64,000 bases of DNA from Felis catus (taxonomy: Eukaryota): contig NC_058373.1 in assembly GCF_018350175.1 (NCBI RefSeq), positions 99,760,001-99,824,000 of the forward strand, in the 5' to 3' direction. Below the pieces are notes generated by a model, which was not told the DNA's origin, made no database searches, and saw only the letters and a list, made by a program, of their open reading frames with translations. The number at the start of each line of letters is the position of its first letter. Within the stretch, counting starts at the first letter, position 1. A program made the translations under genes and the position numbers. Of the stretch, positions 1-12,036 are shown in pieces.

Positions 1-374
1 GATAATCAGGTACCCTTCCTAGAGTCCTCTGCAATGGAGTCACATAAAAGTACTTAATTCCTCCAGCAAAGAATTGTGACAATACCTGTGAAATGTTGTC
101 CTCCAGACACGCTCATTAGGGACTCATGTCCAGGCATTTTATTGGGGGTTGGTCACGTAGGCAGCCTCTGCCTGGAACATACCAAAATGTCAGACCCCTA
201 GAAGGAAAGCATTCTGTTTGTACGGCCTATGCACGGTAAGTGACTCTTATCACTTAGGGAATGGTGGGAACCCTCCCCAAGTCCAAGTTCCCAGATCCAA
301 CCACACACCAACTTTGCAAGCTGGCCTTTCCAAGAAAGCTGTCTCAGACCTGCTATATTAAGTCTTCTCTACAC
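1..374 (-). mobile_element. ERVL-class LTR, MER21-like (truncated by window start)
   Basis: Segments 'gagtcctctgcaatggagtcaca...ttaattcctccagcaa...ttttattgggggttggtcacgtaggca...aagttcccaga...gtctcagacctgcta' resemble the recalled MER21 consensus; ends in ...ctacaca. Confidence 0.7.
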
Positions 375-384
375 AAAACTTTAT

Positions 385-1100
385 AAGAAAAACATCATTC
401 TTACTTGATATTATTGTATTTCTAGAAAATATGAAAGAATCATCTGGTAAACCAATAAATGAATAAGGGTTTATAAATGTAGCTTAGTAAAAATAAGTAA
501 AAATCAATAACATTTTAATAATACCAGCAGCAACCTGTGTAAAAACAGACAAACCCCCAAAAAAGGTCCTGTTTGCAATGGCAACTAAAACACACATAAT
601 GCCTGGGAATAACTTTAACAAGGTATGTGGTGATGCCTGTAGAAGAAAATACAAATTATATTAAAAATATAAAGTAAGACTTGGAAAAGTAACCAGATAT
701 TTATTCCTGGTCAGGAAAACTGGATATGAAAATAACTGTGTCTGAATTAATTTGTGGGTTTAATGTAACCCCAATCAAAATCTCTACTGCTTTGAGTTCC
801 TTCTTTAAAAGAAAATATTTTTTGCCTACATTGATAAAACGATCCTAAAGTTTACTTGGAAAATAAAAAGGGAAGAAAATTCTGGGGAAAAAAAAAGTTG
901 TGGGAGGGTTAGTTGTGTTTTAATCATCTTACAAAGATATGGTAATCAAAACAATGTGATATTTGTACAAAGTATCAGCTAGATCAGCAAAACAGGTCCA
1001 AATATAGATCTTACTATATGAATGACAAAGAATGCATCATAAGGCAATGAGGAAGAGAAAGATTAGTCAATATATGATACGTAAATAACTGTTTAATAAT
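385..1100 (+). mobile_element. Ancient degenerate L1 (L1M-type) ORF2 fragment
   Basis: A-rich, with L1-like segments (aaaaatcaataacatt, gcctgggaataactttaacaagg, cctaaagtttacttggaaaa); no intact ORF. Confidence 0.6.
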
Positions 1101-1170
1101 TTGAAACTAGACCCTAATTTATTTTTAAAGAAATCCAACATGTCCTGTCTTTAAACACTATCACTTTATC

Positions 1171-1237
1171 TTTTTTAAATTATTTATTTAAATTTTAGCT
1201 AATATACAGTGCAAGATCGGTTTCAGGAGTAGAATTC
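1171..1237 (-). mobile_element. Short carnivore L1 3' tail fragment
   Basis: Reverse complement reads gaattctactcctgaaacc...gcactgtatattagctaaaatttaaataaa, similar to the L1 3' end at ~11560-11620; flanked by tcacttta repeats. Confidence 0.55.
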
Positions 1238-1689
1238 TTTTTGTCACTTTAAATGGCCATTATGTACTACCTAATTAAAGCCAAGATAAGTGTGGCTTTG
1301 TAAAGGATTTACCATTTACAGTATTCGATGCTACTTCTGTATATCCAAAAAGGAACTAAAATAAAAGTGCTGACAAGCCTGGGGAAAATACCGTAAAAGG
1401 ATAATATCTTTGTTATAAAATGAAGATCTATCTTGACATGAGGCAGAAGCTGTAGTAGAAAGTAACCTGTCCAAGGTCAGGTGGGCTTGGGTAAGCTATT
1501 TAGCTTTTCTGAGACTCGATTTCCTTCTTCCTTGCAGGGTGTGACAAGGGTTAAAAATATATGTAAAATGGCTAGCACAATATTTGCAGTATTACGGTTG
1601 CTCAACAAATGATAGCTACAGTTAGTGGAGGCAGTGATAGAGGTCAGAACAGTAAGAGCTCATGGAGTGAGAAAACATGAAGTCGTCAA

Positions 1690-2200
1690 AAGACAAATGC
1701 TTAAAGAATGTGAACAGAGAATTCTCAAAAGAGGAAATAAAACTCTTAAGCTTGGAAAAATGCTCAACCTCACCAAAAGTCAAAGCAATGCAAATCAAAA
1801 CAATGAGATAACATTTTTTGGTCTACTAAATTATGAAAACATTTCAATAACAGTAGTACCCAGGGCTGAGAGTGTTTCCTGGAACTGGTATTTTCATATA
1901 TTGCTGATAATATACAAATTGGCACAGTCCTCTTAGGAAGCGATGTGGAAATATGTACCGTCATTTCAAAAAAAGATCATATTGTTTGATTCCGTGATTT
2001 CACTTCTGAGAGTCAGTCCTAGAACAGAATCGCAAACATGGAAATGCTACGTGCATAAAGAAGTTATGTGTAGTTGTTATGGAATAATGGAAACAACCTA
2101 GCTGTCCAGCAATGGGAGGAATGATTGGGATTTACTCATAGGGGGTGGTGATTACACTGGTGCTACATAAAAAATAGAGTAAGAGAGAAAAACAGGATGC
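1690..2200 (+). mobile_element. Old L1 (L1ME-like) ORF2 3' fragment
   Basis: 'aatgctcaacctcacc...aatgcaaatcaaaacaatgagata' and 'aaacaacctagctgtccagcaatggg' are typical L1 ORF2-end segments. Confidence 0.6.
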
Positions 2201-2289
2201 AACATTTTCTGTGTATGGTGTAGCAGACAAAATTGGAAGGACATATTTCAAGTTGGAAATCGGATTTACATTAAAGTGGCCTGTTTATT

Positions 2290-2525
2290 GGGGCACCTGG
2301 GTGGCTCTGTTGGCTGAGCATCTGACTCTTGATTTTGGCTTCAGTCATGATCCCAGGGTTTGTTGGATCAAACTCCACATCCCACATCAGCCTCTGTGCT
2401 GACAGTGTGGAGCCTGCTTGGAATTCTCTCTTTCTCTCTTTCTCTCTTTCTCTCTCTCTGTCTCTGTCCCTCTGCCCCTCTCCTTGGCACTCGTGCTCTC
2501 TCTCTCTTTCTAAAATTTTTTTAAA
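2290..2525 (+). mobile_element. CAN-SINE (SINEC)
   Basis: ggggcacctgggtggctc head, tRNA-derived body, (CT)n region, A/T tail. Confidence 0.9.
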
Positions 2526-3371
2526 AAGTGGTATCATTATGGAAAATTATGACTTTTATAATTTGAAAATTATAGTTAATTGAAACTAGGTTTTCCTATT
2601 TCCAAATGGGTTCTTTCTCTTTTAAATGACACCAGAATTTAATTTCAAAACCCTTGACAAACGCTGACTGACCTGTTTTTTTATATTGCTCCTCTAGAGG
2701 GGGCACAAGTACTTAAAATACATTATAACCATCCTTGCCTAGGTTACAATAGTCCAGAATTTTAGAGCTCAAGGGACTTCAAAGATAATCTAGGTGTTTT
2801 CTGTAATGTTAGGGATATACAGAAGGCACTCTCTAGCTATGAAACATTTATTTTCTGTTATTAGTGCTGCTTTTACATGACAAAGGCTTTCTTGCATAGT
2901 GTACAGAATCTTGTTGAGTGGCAGTTCCCAATGGAGAGGAAGATGGTAAAGGGAGAAAAATCAAGGATGCAAACTATTCTCAAAGCCCTAATATTACTGA
3001 CAGAGAATTATAATCTAAGAACTATCGCCTGGAATATTTTGTATTCCAAAAAAGTAATTCTGTCAGCTCATTTAATGGTTTTGCTTTTTGTTTTTATTTT
3101 TGGTATCCTGGTAAGACTGGGCTCCACAGAGCACCAAGAAAAGGAGAGAATTTGGGGCTTTGATGGGTGGTTAATTTGACTAGTGGTCTATCTAGGCAGG
3201 TAAGGTCTGATCTAGGGTCCACTTTGGGACCTGAAATGTCTCTCCTGCTATGCCAGTTGCAAGGAGCTGGGTTTAGCTTTGGACACTCCTCAGGTTACAT
3301 CTGGCTCTGTAGCTCTGAGTTCATTCTATACTTTCTCGTCTGTTTGTTGGATTTTAAATTTCAGAAATCCT

Positions 3372-3600
3372 GGGGCATCTGGGTGGCTCAGTCAGTTAAG
3401 TGTCTGACTCTTGGTTTGGGCTCAGGTCATGACCTTACAGTTCATGCATTCAAGCCCCTTATCAGGCTCCTCACAGACACCATAGAGCCTGCTTGGGATT
3501 CTCTCACTCTCCCCCTCTCTCTGCCCCTCCCCTGCTCATGAATTCTCTCCTCAAAATAAATAAATAAGCTTTTAAAAAGTAAATAAATAAATAAATAAAT
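3372..3600 (+). mobile_element. CAN-SINE (SINEC)
   Basis: ggggcatctgggtggctcagtcagttaag head; (AAAT)n tail; imperfect TSD ending aaatcct. Confidence 0.9.
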
Positions 3601-3633
3601 TGCAAAAATCCTAATTAAGATGCATAATCTCTC

Positions 3634-3859
3634 GGGACCCCTGGGTGGCTCAATCTGTTGAGCGTCTGACTTCAGCTCAGGTCATGATCTCAAGGTTTGT
3701 GGGTTCGAGCCCCACGTCGGGGTCTGTGCTGACAGGTCAGATCCTGAAGCCTGCTTCATATTCCGTGTCTCCCTTCTCCCTCTGCCCCTCCCCTGCTCGC
3801 TCTCTGCCTCTCTCTCTCTCTCTCTCAAAAATAAATAAACATTAAAAAATTTTTTAAAA
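3634..3859 (+). mobile_element. CAN-SINE (SINEC_Fc-like)
   Basis: Typical head/body/tail; TSD aagatgcataat on both sides. Confidence 0.92.
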
Positions 3860-4304
3860 AAGATGCATAATATCTTATAACCCAGTTTTGCCTCAAAGCT
3901 ATTTGGAACCAAGAACAAAATGAAGAGCCTTCCTATACCTAGACAACAACAAAGGCATCAGAAGATGGGGGTGGTAGGAGCTGGAGAACTTTTCTGAGGA
4001 GGTGAAAATCTCCTCAGGTAACATGACAAAACCTAGTAGCTCTCCAGGCCCCCAGACAGAGGAGCGGCAGATAGGACTCCTTCTCATGGAATCCAGAGGG
4101 AGAAATGGCCTGTAAAACTCTTCTATTTGGGGATAGCTTGCTCATGATTCTTATTCCCTTTGTTGAATGCAGTGTGATAGATGAAATAAAAGGCCACGAT
4201 CCTAGACTTCTATCCCAGCTGCGGACCTGTTACCAAAAATGGAGGTGCCTCGCCACCTGCCCACAGGCACCCCCTCACCCATCTTCTTTGCCCTTTCAGC
4301 CTCC

Positions 4305-4334
<30 letters not shown>
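4305..4334. repeat. (AAT)n microsatellite
   Basis: Direct reading. Confidence 0.95.
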
Positions 4335-4336
<2 letters not shown>

Positions 4337-4451
4337 GGATATTTACATCCTAGAAGGTTATCTCCCCAAAACAGAAGCAAAACTAAGATAACACCATATT
4401 CCTACCACCAAGAATTACCATTATTAATGCCTCAGTCTATGGTCTTCCAGA

Positions 4452-4455
<4 letters not shown>

Positions 4456-4493
<38 letters not shown>
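4456..4493. repeat. (TG)n microsatellite
   Basis: Direct reading. Confidence 0.95.
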
Positions 4494-4495
<2 letters not shown>

Positions 4496-4499
4496 AGAC

Positions 4500-5760
4500 C
4501 AAAATGAGACTTATCTGCTGACTGTTTTGCTATCTGCTTATTTTACTTAAGGTTTCCCAGCTTTCCATATCAGCACATTTTCATCTTGTCTAACACCTAC
4601 TCCAGATTCAAATTGCACAGTTTGCTCCCAAATGACTTTTATAGTGCATTTGTCCAAATGAGGGCCCGACTGGGGACCATGCTTTGCATCTGGTCATTGT
4701 GTCCCTTAAGTCTCTGAATCTAGCACAGTCCCTATCTTTTCTTTCGATGACTCTTACTTGTTGAAGAGACCCAGTCAGTTGTCCCCTCTCTGAGTTTGTC
4801 TGCTTGCCACGCTGTCCCACCATTCAACTTGTTCTTCAAGCCCTGATCTGAAAGCTAGATGGATTCAATTTTTTATTTTAGCTAGAATATATTAATTGAT
4901 ATTGTACTTCATGCTGCAGTTTTATCATGTCAGAGAAAATATATTATCAATATATGTTATTACATATTTTACACATGAACATTATTATAACATATGAACT
5001 GGTTGCTACCCTATCCCCTGGGTTAGGGTAAGAGTTTGAGCCCTTTATTGAACATTTAATACCTTTGTACGCCTTGGAATAATAAAATGACATCTGTGGT
5101 ATTACTTTTGTCCTTATACGAATGTCTGGTTCCCAGCAATCATACACCTAAGTGTTTTCTTAAATTTTTTTAAATGTTTTTATTTATTTTTGAAGGAGAG
5201 AGAGAAACAGAGCATGAGCGGGGGAGGAAGAGAGAGGGAGGGAGACACAGAATTCGAAGCAGGCTCCAGGTTCTAAGCTGTCAGCACAGAGCCTGATGCG
5301 GGGCTTGAACTCACGAACCGTGAGATCATAACCTGAGCTGAAGTCGGGAGCTTAACTGACTGAGCCACCCAGGTGCCCCCACCTAAGTGTTTTCATAGCA
5401 ACTGAACATCTTTTTCAAAATCAATAATTTTAATAAAGGGGACAGTGATGATTTTCTGATCTTGTCATTCCTTCTACATTCTTGGCTAGCATTCTTCTGT
5501 GAAATAGAATTTTTCTTCATCAGTTGGGGCTATTTGGTTACTCAAAAGATATATTTATTACAGGAAAAGTTGGATAACTACTTAAGTATCTTTAGTTACC
5601 AATTGTCAAAGAAGGCAATGTATAAGCCCTCTCAAATGATGACTTATGAGTTCTCTTTTGACTTTCTCTTTTTAAAATCTTTATATAAACACATGAATTT
5701 TATCAAATCCACTAAATAATTATGCTCTTTCATGTTCAATTGTTGCAACTTTGGGCAGTG
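4500..5760 (-). mobile_element. Old L1 3' region (L1MC/L1ME-like), interrupted by a SINE
   Basis: 'ttgcatctggtcattgtgtcccttaagtctc...ttgaagagacccagtcagttgtcc' resembles an old L1 3' UTR in reverse; boundaries approximate. Confidence 0.5.
5160..5379 (-). mobile_element. CAN-SINE (SINEC_Fc-like)
   Basis: Reverse SINE ending gagccacccaggtgcccc; exact 15-bp TSD cacctaagtgttttc (5145-5159, 5380-5394). Confidence 0.95.
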
Positions 5761-5889
5761 GCTGGGCTCCCTATTTTGACATATTTTTTAAACTTTAGTT
5801 TTACAGATGGTATTACTTCCTCTAGGCTCTATCCTAGTCCTCACTTTATGCTTAGTATTTTTTGCCAATGTTATTCTCTGTCATTAATT

Positions 5890-6103
5890 AACTTATTATT
5901 CTTATTTTTAATGTTTATTTACTTTTGAGAGAGAGAGAGAGTGTGAGCAGGGGAGGGGCAGAGAGAGAGGGAGACACAGAATCCAAAGAGGCTCCAGGCT
6001 CTGAGCTGTCAGCACAGAGCCCAATGCGGGGCTTGAGCTCATGAACCATGAGATCATGACCTGAGCTGAAGTCAGACTCTCAACCGAGTCACCCAGGTGC
6101 CCC
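5890..6103 (-). mobile_element. CAN-SINE (SINEC_Fc-like)
   Basis: Reverse SINE; TSD tctgtcattaatt. Confidence 0.92.
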
Positions 6104-6257
6104 ATCTGTCATTAATTTAGGCAACATTCTTTATTACATATCTGTGTTTTGACTCATATAAACAATTTTTTACCTTTGCCCACTTAACAATTCATAATCA
6201 TAACATATTTCTCTCTGGCCTGCCAAATCAGTAAGTTTTTGGCCATTATCTGTATCC

Positions 6258-6479
6258 TTTTATTTAAAAAAATTTTTTTTAATGTTTATTCAGTTTTGAG
6301 ACAGAGACAAAGTGCAAGCAGGGGAGGATCAGAGAGAGAGGGAGACACAGAATCCCAAGCAGGCTCCAGGCTCCCAGCCGTCAGCACAGGGCCCGATGTG
6401 GGGCTCAAACTCACGAACCGCAAGATCATGACCAGAGCCGAGGTCGGATGCCCAACCGACTGAGCCACCCAGGTGCCCC
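6258..6479 (-). mobile_element. CAN-SINE (SINEC_Fc-like)
   Basis: Reverse SINE; partial TSD atctgtat. Confidence 0.92.
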
Positions 6480-6569
6480 ATCTGTATAATTTAAAAAATT
6501 GTGTTGCTGCTGTCTCTTCTCCTATTGTCTTTGTCTTCATAGAGAGGGAAGGAGCCTGAGCAGGATGGG

Positions 6570-6960
6570 TTTTATATACCAAGCTGAAGAATTTAGACTT
6601 TGACCTGAGGCAGTGAGAAGACACGGAGTAGGGGAGTGTAATGATCACATCTCCTCTTTGGAATCAGGCTACAGTTTGGAGAACAGAACCGAGGTGAGCA
6701 GGACTAGGGCCTGGAAAACCAGTTAGGAAGCTTCCTAACCTTCAGTCTAACCAGATAAGCAGATGACCAGATGTAAGAAAGTGCAAGTGGATATAGAAGG
6801 GGACAGATCGGAAAAGTGTCCAAACAGGCTTTGTGATTATTTACATATAGAGGTCAATGGAGAGGGAAGAGGCAAAGATGACCCCAGGTTTCTGGCTTAA
6901 GCAACTGCATGGGTAATGATGCCATTCATTGAGAGGGAGAACAATGGGTTGCAAAACCAG
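6570..6960 (-). mobile_element. L2 LINE fragment
   Basis: 'gatgaccccaggtttctggcttaagcaactg...gatgccattcattgaga' matches the recalled L2 consensus in reverse. Confidence 0.7.
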
Positions 6961-7169
6961 CTGGATGGGGAGGATGGAATGCCGCCCTTACAAACGCCAA
7001 GTTTCACCACAGCCTATTCTAATATAAGCAACCACTTTCCCAGTAAATGCACTAGAAGGTAATTACATATTATTTCCACTTGAAAATGCCAACACTTCTT
7101 CATCCTTCTCTTTCGGACAACTTCCTTGTCCTTCTAGCTGATTCCACTGATGTACCTGCGTCTCTGTCC

Positions 7170-7870
7170 ACACACCCTGACTTCCATCCAGCCTCAGTGG
7201 AAGAAATGTGCCTGCTCTCCTTTATGACATGCCTCTGCTTGCATCCTAAATCCTGCTCCTCTCAAGATTCTTAAGCTGTTTCACTGGCAATCGCCGATTT
7301 CCTCTTTTGTATCATCTTTTTCTCTCTCTCTACGTGTGATTTCCATCTATGTAGTATCACCCATTTCAGATAGAAGACTTCTCTTGACCCCATCACCCCT
7401 CTGCTACCACTGAATTTCTCAGCACCCCTCGTAGCTCTCCAGACTCATCCAAGATGTTGTCTTCACTGCTGTTCCCCTTCTCACCTATGGTTCTCTCCCC
7501 ATCCTCCCCCCACACTCCCCTTAGGCCAGGTTTTTCTCCCCACAACTCCACTAAAAGTGCTCTCAGCAGAGTCACCCCTCCTGCAAAAGTCAGTTCCTGC
7601 TTCTCTGCACTCATCGTATTAGACTTCTCAGCAGCACTGGTCCAGCCTACCAGGTCCTCTTTATTCATTCAACACATAATCTTTGAGTGCTTACTATATG
7701 CCAGGCACAGTTCTAATCCTTGGGACACAACAGTGAAGTAAAGGGACAAAGATCCCTTCCCTCCCTAGGAACTGGTAGTCTATCAGAGGGAGGTGCTTAA
7801 CAAGAAAAACCCAATAGATAACTAAATTATGTGATATACTGAAATCAATAAATGCTATGGAAAAGAGAAA
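7170..7870. mobile_element. L2 LINE fragments (+ ORF region ~7170-7640; - 3' end ~7660-7870)
   Basis: 'ccacaactccactaaaagtgctctc', 'agacttctcagcagcact' and 'ttcattcaacacataatctttgagtgcttactatatgccaggcac'. Confidence 0.65.
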
Positions 7871-8012
7871 ACAAGTCAGCAGTGATCTTATGAATTTTCC
7901 TTTAAAACAATTATGGCTATAACAGAACACACCCCCTGTGACAACAATATTTAATATCAAATCACAGGATATGTCAATATATCCCCACATAATGAAAATG
8001 AATCACATTTTC

Positions 8013-8193
8013 TTTTCTTTTAAGGTTATTTATTTGAGAGACAGAGTGTGAGGAGGGGAGGGGCAGAGAAAGAACCCCAAGCAGTTGTCAGCACAGAGCC
8101 CTACATGGGGCTCGAACTCACAAACCGTTAAGATCATGACCTGAGCCCAAACCAAGAGTTGGCGCTTAACCAGCTGAGCCCCCCAGGTGTCCC
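8013..8193 (-). mobile_element. CAN-SINE (internally deleted)
   Basis: Reverse SINE; TSD atgaatcacattttc. Confidence 0.9.
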
Positions 8194-8524
8194 ATGAATC
8201 ACATTTTCCTCTTATATCCTTCTTGAGTCAGTTTCTCCCTCCTACTTCTGGATTTGATGTGAGAAGACAGCAGAAAAGAAAAAGTAGAAACAGGGAGAAG
8301 GGAGAGTGGGGAGATGGTATTTCATAGTTTGTGATACTATGTATTGGGTACTGGGTGCAGGGATCAGAAATGGAAGTGTCCAGAGCTCCAGGGCATAAGA
8401 TGACTCATTTGTCACTTCTTTTTAAAATGATGTCAAATTAACACTACTTTCTAGTAGTGGCAGAACTCAAAGTATGATAGCATGGTCAAGGAGTAGAATT
8501 TTCTATGGGTAATGCTTTCGGTTT

Positions 8525-8606
8525 CATTTTTTATTGTTTCTAATATTAGAGAGAGAGACGAGGGAGAGAGAGCGAGAGAGAGAGCACAAGTGAGGGAGGG
8601 GCGGGG

Positions 8607-8648
<42 letters not shown>

Positions 8649-9001
8649 CCCAAGCAGCCTTCACACTCAGCACGGAACCTGATGCGGGCCTCCATTGCAT
8701 GACTGTGAGATCATGACCTGAGCTGAAATCCCAAGTTGGACCCTCGGGGCACCTGAGTGGCTCAGCTGGTTAAGTGTCTGACTCTTGGTTTCAACCTAGG
8801 TCTTGATCTTACAGTTCATGCGTTCAGGCCCCGTGTTGGGCTTTGGGCTGACAGTGCAGAGCCTGCTTGGGATTCTCGGTCTCCCAGTCTTTTTGCCCCT
8901 CCCCCACCTGCTCATTTTTCTGTCTCTTTCAAAGTTAATAAATAAAAATTTTTAAAAAAGAAAGAGTTGGACCCTCAATCGATTGAGCCACCCAGGCACC
9001 C
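8525..9001 (-). mobile_element. CAN-SINE, interrupted by a nested + strand SINE
   Basis: Reverse body stops at ...aagttggaccctc (8745) and resumes after 8976 with aatcgattgagccacccaggcacccc. Confidence 0.88.
8746..8964 (+). mobile_element. CAN-SINE nested within another SINE
   Basis: Full head-to-tail copy; TSD agttggaccctc (8734-8745, 8965-8976). Confidence 0.92.
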
Positions 9002-9077
9002 ACTATTTGTTTTAATCTTAACATAAAACGATTATGTTAAAATAGTAGCTATAGTTAGTATAGATTTCATACTAGAA

Positions 9078-9547
9078 GTGGCTGATGGTTTGCAAAATGG
9101 CTGCAGTCATTCCTCTTTCCTGTGTACACATTCCCCCATCAGGAGTCAGGAGATAGAGTCTACTTCCCAGCCCTTGAATCCAGGCTGGCCTTGGGACTTG
9201 GACTAATAGGACATGATGAGATGATGCTGTGAACCTCCCAGTCTGGGCTTCACAGCTTCTACCTGCTCCCTGTTGGAACACCATGCCACCACAGGGGCCA
9301 GCTCAGGCTAGACTGCAGGCAAATGAGATTAGGGCTGCAAGCCGGGTCCTCCTACACCAGCCACTCCCCGGTCTAGCCACCAGATGGCATTAGCCATGAG
9401 AATGATGGCAGACCAGACCAGCAAAGAACCACCTAAATCCATCTAGCCCAACATTAGTGACCCACTAAATCGTGACAAAATAAAATGACTGCTTTAAGCC
9501 ATTAAATTTTGGAGTGGTTTGTTACACAGAAATAAATAACTGATATA
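9078..9547 (+). mobile_element. MaLR LTR (MLT1-type)
   Basis: 'agagtctacttcccagcccttgaatccaggctggcc' and 3' 'tttaagccattaaattttggagtggtttgttacacagaaataaataactgatata'. Confidence 0.75.
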
Positions 9548-9667
9548 ATAGGTTTTAAATATTATTTATTAAGGTGATAACATTATTCTTAAGTTGAGCA
9601 TTGACCCTTTAATAGGACTGAATTTGAATAAGGAAGTTTAATCTTTGTGGAAACAGATAACAGTGGA

Positions 9668-9781
9668 GGGGCATCCGGCTGGCTCAGTTGGTAGAGCACG
9701 CAGCCTGATCTCAGGGTCATGAGTTCAAGCCCTACATTGGGCGTAGAGATTACTTAAAAATAAAATAAAATAAAATAAAAG
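9668..9781 (+). mobile_element. Short tRNA(Lys)-like CAN-SINE
   Basis: A-box tggctcagttgg, B-box-like gagttcaagcc, 'tagagattacttaaaaata' tail; TSD agataacagtgg. Confidence 0.88.
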
Positions 9782-10003
9782 AGATAACAGTGGGGAGAAC
9801 ACACTGGAACCTATTTTTCTATGAAAAGTTCACTATATCTTGGTTTAAGTGTTTATTTTTACAGAAATAACTGTACCAGTCTCCTCATTCATTAACCATT
9901 GTAGACACCTTCCATGTCAATGAATGCAGAGGTACATTTTTAAATAGTTGTGCAATACTTCATTGAATACATACACCTAATGTGTTTATATAACTTCCTT
10001 TTT

Positions 10004-10016
10004 ATTAATGTTTTAT

Positions 10017-10050
<34 letters not shown>

Positions 10051-10223
10051 CGAGCAGGGGAGGCACAGAAAGAGATGGAGACACAGAATCTGAAGCAGGC
10101 TCCAGGCTCTGAGCTGTCAGCACAGAGCCGGATGCAGGGCTCGAACCCACAAACCACGAGATCATGACCTGAGCCAAAATCAGACGCTTAACACTTTAAC
10201 TGACAGAGCCACCGAGGAGCCCC
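10004..10223 (-). mobile_element. CAN-SINE (SINEC_Fc-like)
   Basis: Reverse SINE; TSD ataacttcctttt. Confidence 0.92.
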
Positions 10224-10700
10224 TACATAACTTCCTTTTACTTGACATTTAAGTTAGTTCCTAAAGCCAACATATAGAAGGTAATGAAAGGAACTTCTTA
10301 TATTTACAACTTTGAGTATTTAGCCTCATCTGTTTGCTCCTCCCTAAAACAAGGCTCTCTGTGACCCTTCCTATAGAATTGTTATAAAAATTAATGAAAT
10401 GTGTATGAAGCCTTCAACAGTTTGGGGGATATAGGAAGCCCTTAAAAAATGGTAGTCTTTTCATTATTATTATCTGATTATAAGCTTCTTTAGGGCAGGG
10501 ACTATATTAGCATCTCTCAGGACCTGGCTCAATTATAAAACAGCTGACACCTGCTGAGTGCTTTGTATGGGCCAGGCCCTCAGTTCAACCACAGCCTTTA
10601 AAGGTGTAAGTCATATTATTATCCTCATATCACAGATGAGGAAATTGAGATGCATAGAAGTAAGATAACTTGCCTAACGACAGAACTAAAATTTGAGTTC

Positions 10701-11620
10701 AAAGAACTCAGAAAACTCAACACCCCCCCAAAAAAATAATCCAATTAAAAATGGGCAGAAGACATGAACATTTTGCCAAAGAAGACATCCAGATGGCGAA
10801 CAGACACATGAAAAGATGCTCACCATCACTCATCATCGGGGAAATGCAAATCAAAACAATGAGATATCACCTCACACCAGTCAGAATGACTAAAATTAAC
10901 AAGACAGGAAACAGTTGTTGGCGAGGATGCGGAGAAAGGGGAACCCTCTTCACTGCTGATGGGCATGCAAACTGGTGCAGCCACTCTGGAAAACAATATG
11001 GAGGTTCCTCAAAAAGTTAAAAATAGAACTACCCTATGATCCAGCAATCACATTACTAAATGTTTATCCATAGGATACAAAAATACTAATTCAAAGATAT
11101 GTGCACCCCAATGTTTATAGCAACATTATCTACAATAGCCAAGTTATGGAAACAGCCCAAATGTCCATCGATTGATGAATGGATAAAGAAGATGTGGTGG
11201 GTGTGTGACACCCACACCCCCACAATGGAATATTATACAGCTATAAAAAAGAATGAAATCTTGCCATTTGCAATGACATGGATGGATCTACCAGAGGGTA
11301 ATAATGCTAAGTGAAATAAGTCAGAGAAAGACAAACACCATATGATGTCACTCATATGTGGAATTTAAGAAACGAAACAAATGAGCAAAGCTGGGGAAGA
11401 GAGAGAGAGACCAACCAGGAAACAGACTTTTAACTATAAAGAACAAACTTATGTTTACCAGAGGGGAGGTGTGGGGAATGGGTGAAATAGGTGATGGGGA
11501 TTAAGGAATGCACTTGTGATGAGCACCAAGTGATGTATGGGATTACTGAATCATTATATTGCACCTGAAACTAATATAACACTGTATGTTAACTGACTGA
11601 AATTTAAATAAAAACTTAAA
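10701..11620 (+). mobile_element. 5'-truncated carnivore L1 (ORF2 C-terminus + 3' UTR)
   Basis: ORF fragments [15 protein letters not shown]..., CTPMFIATLSTIAKLWKQPKCPSIDEWIKKMW are L1 ORF2p C-terminal motifs; frameshifted; ends aaatttaaataaaaacttaaa. Confidence 0.95.
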
Positions 11621-11821
11621 ACCAAAGCAATGTCACTCTAGAACCCCTGCTCTTAAAACTTTACTGTGCTGCCTCAGTAAATATATGCCTTAATAAATTG
11701 TTGCTGAATGAATAAATAATGGATTATAGATCTCTAGAGTGCAATTTCTGGATCTCAGAGCATGCACATTTTTAAGGCCTTTAATGCATATTGCAATATA
11801 AGCTATTCAATATACTTTATA

Positions 11822-12036
11822 TTTTTTAAAAAAATTTTAATGTTGATTTATTTATTTTGAGAGACAGAGCATGAGCAGGTGAGGGGCAGAGAGAGAGGGA
11901 GACACAGAATCCCAAGCAGGCTCCAGGCTCTGAGCTGTCAGCACAGAACCTAAAGCAGGGCTCAAACCCACAAACTGTGAGATCATGACCTGAGCTGAAG
12001 TCGGATGCTTAACTGACTGAGCCACCCAAGTGCCCC
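11822..12036 (-). mobile_element. CAN-SINE (SINEC_Fc-like)
   Basis: Reverse SINE ending gagccacccaagtgcccc. Confidence 0.92.

Noticed and set aside
9668..9781. tRNA-Lys-like sequence as a tRNA gene
   Set aside because: Acceptor/anticodon arms are degenerate, and it has an A-rich tail and TSD, so it is a SINE
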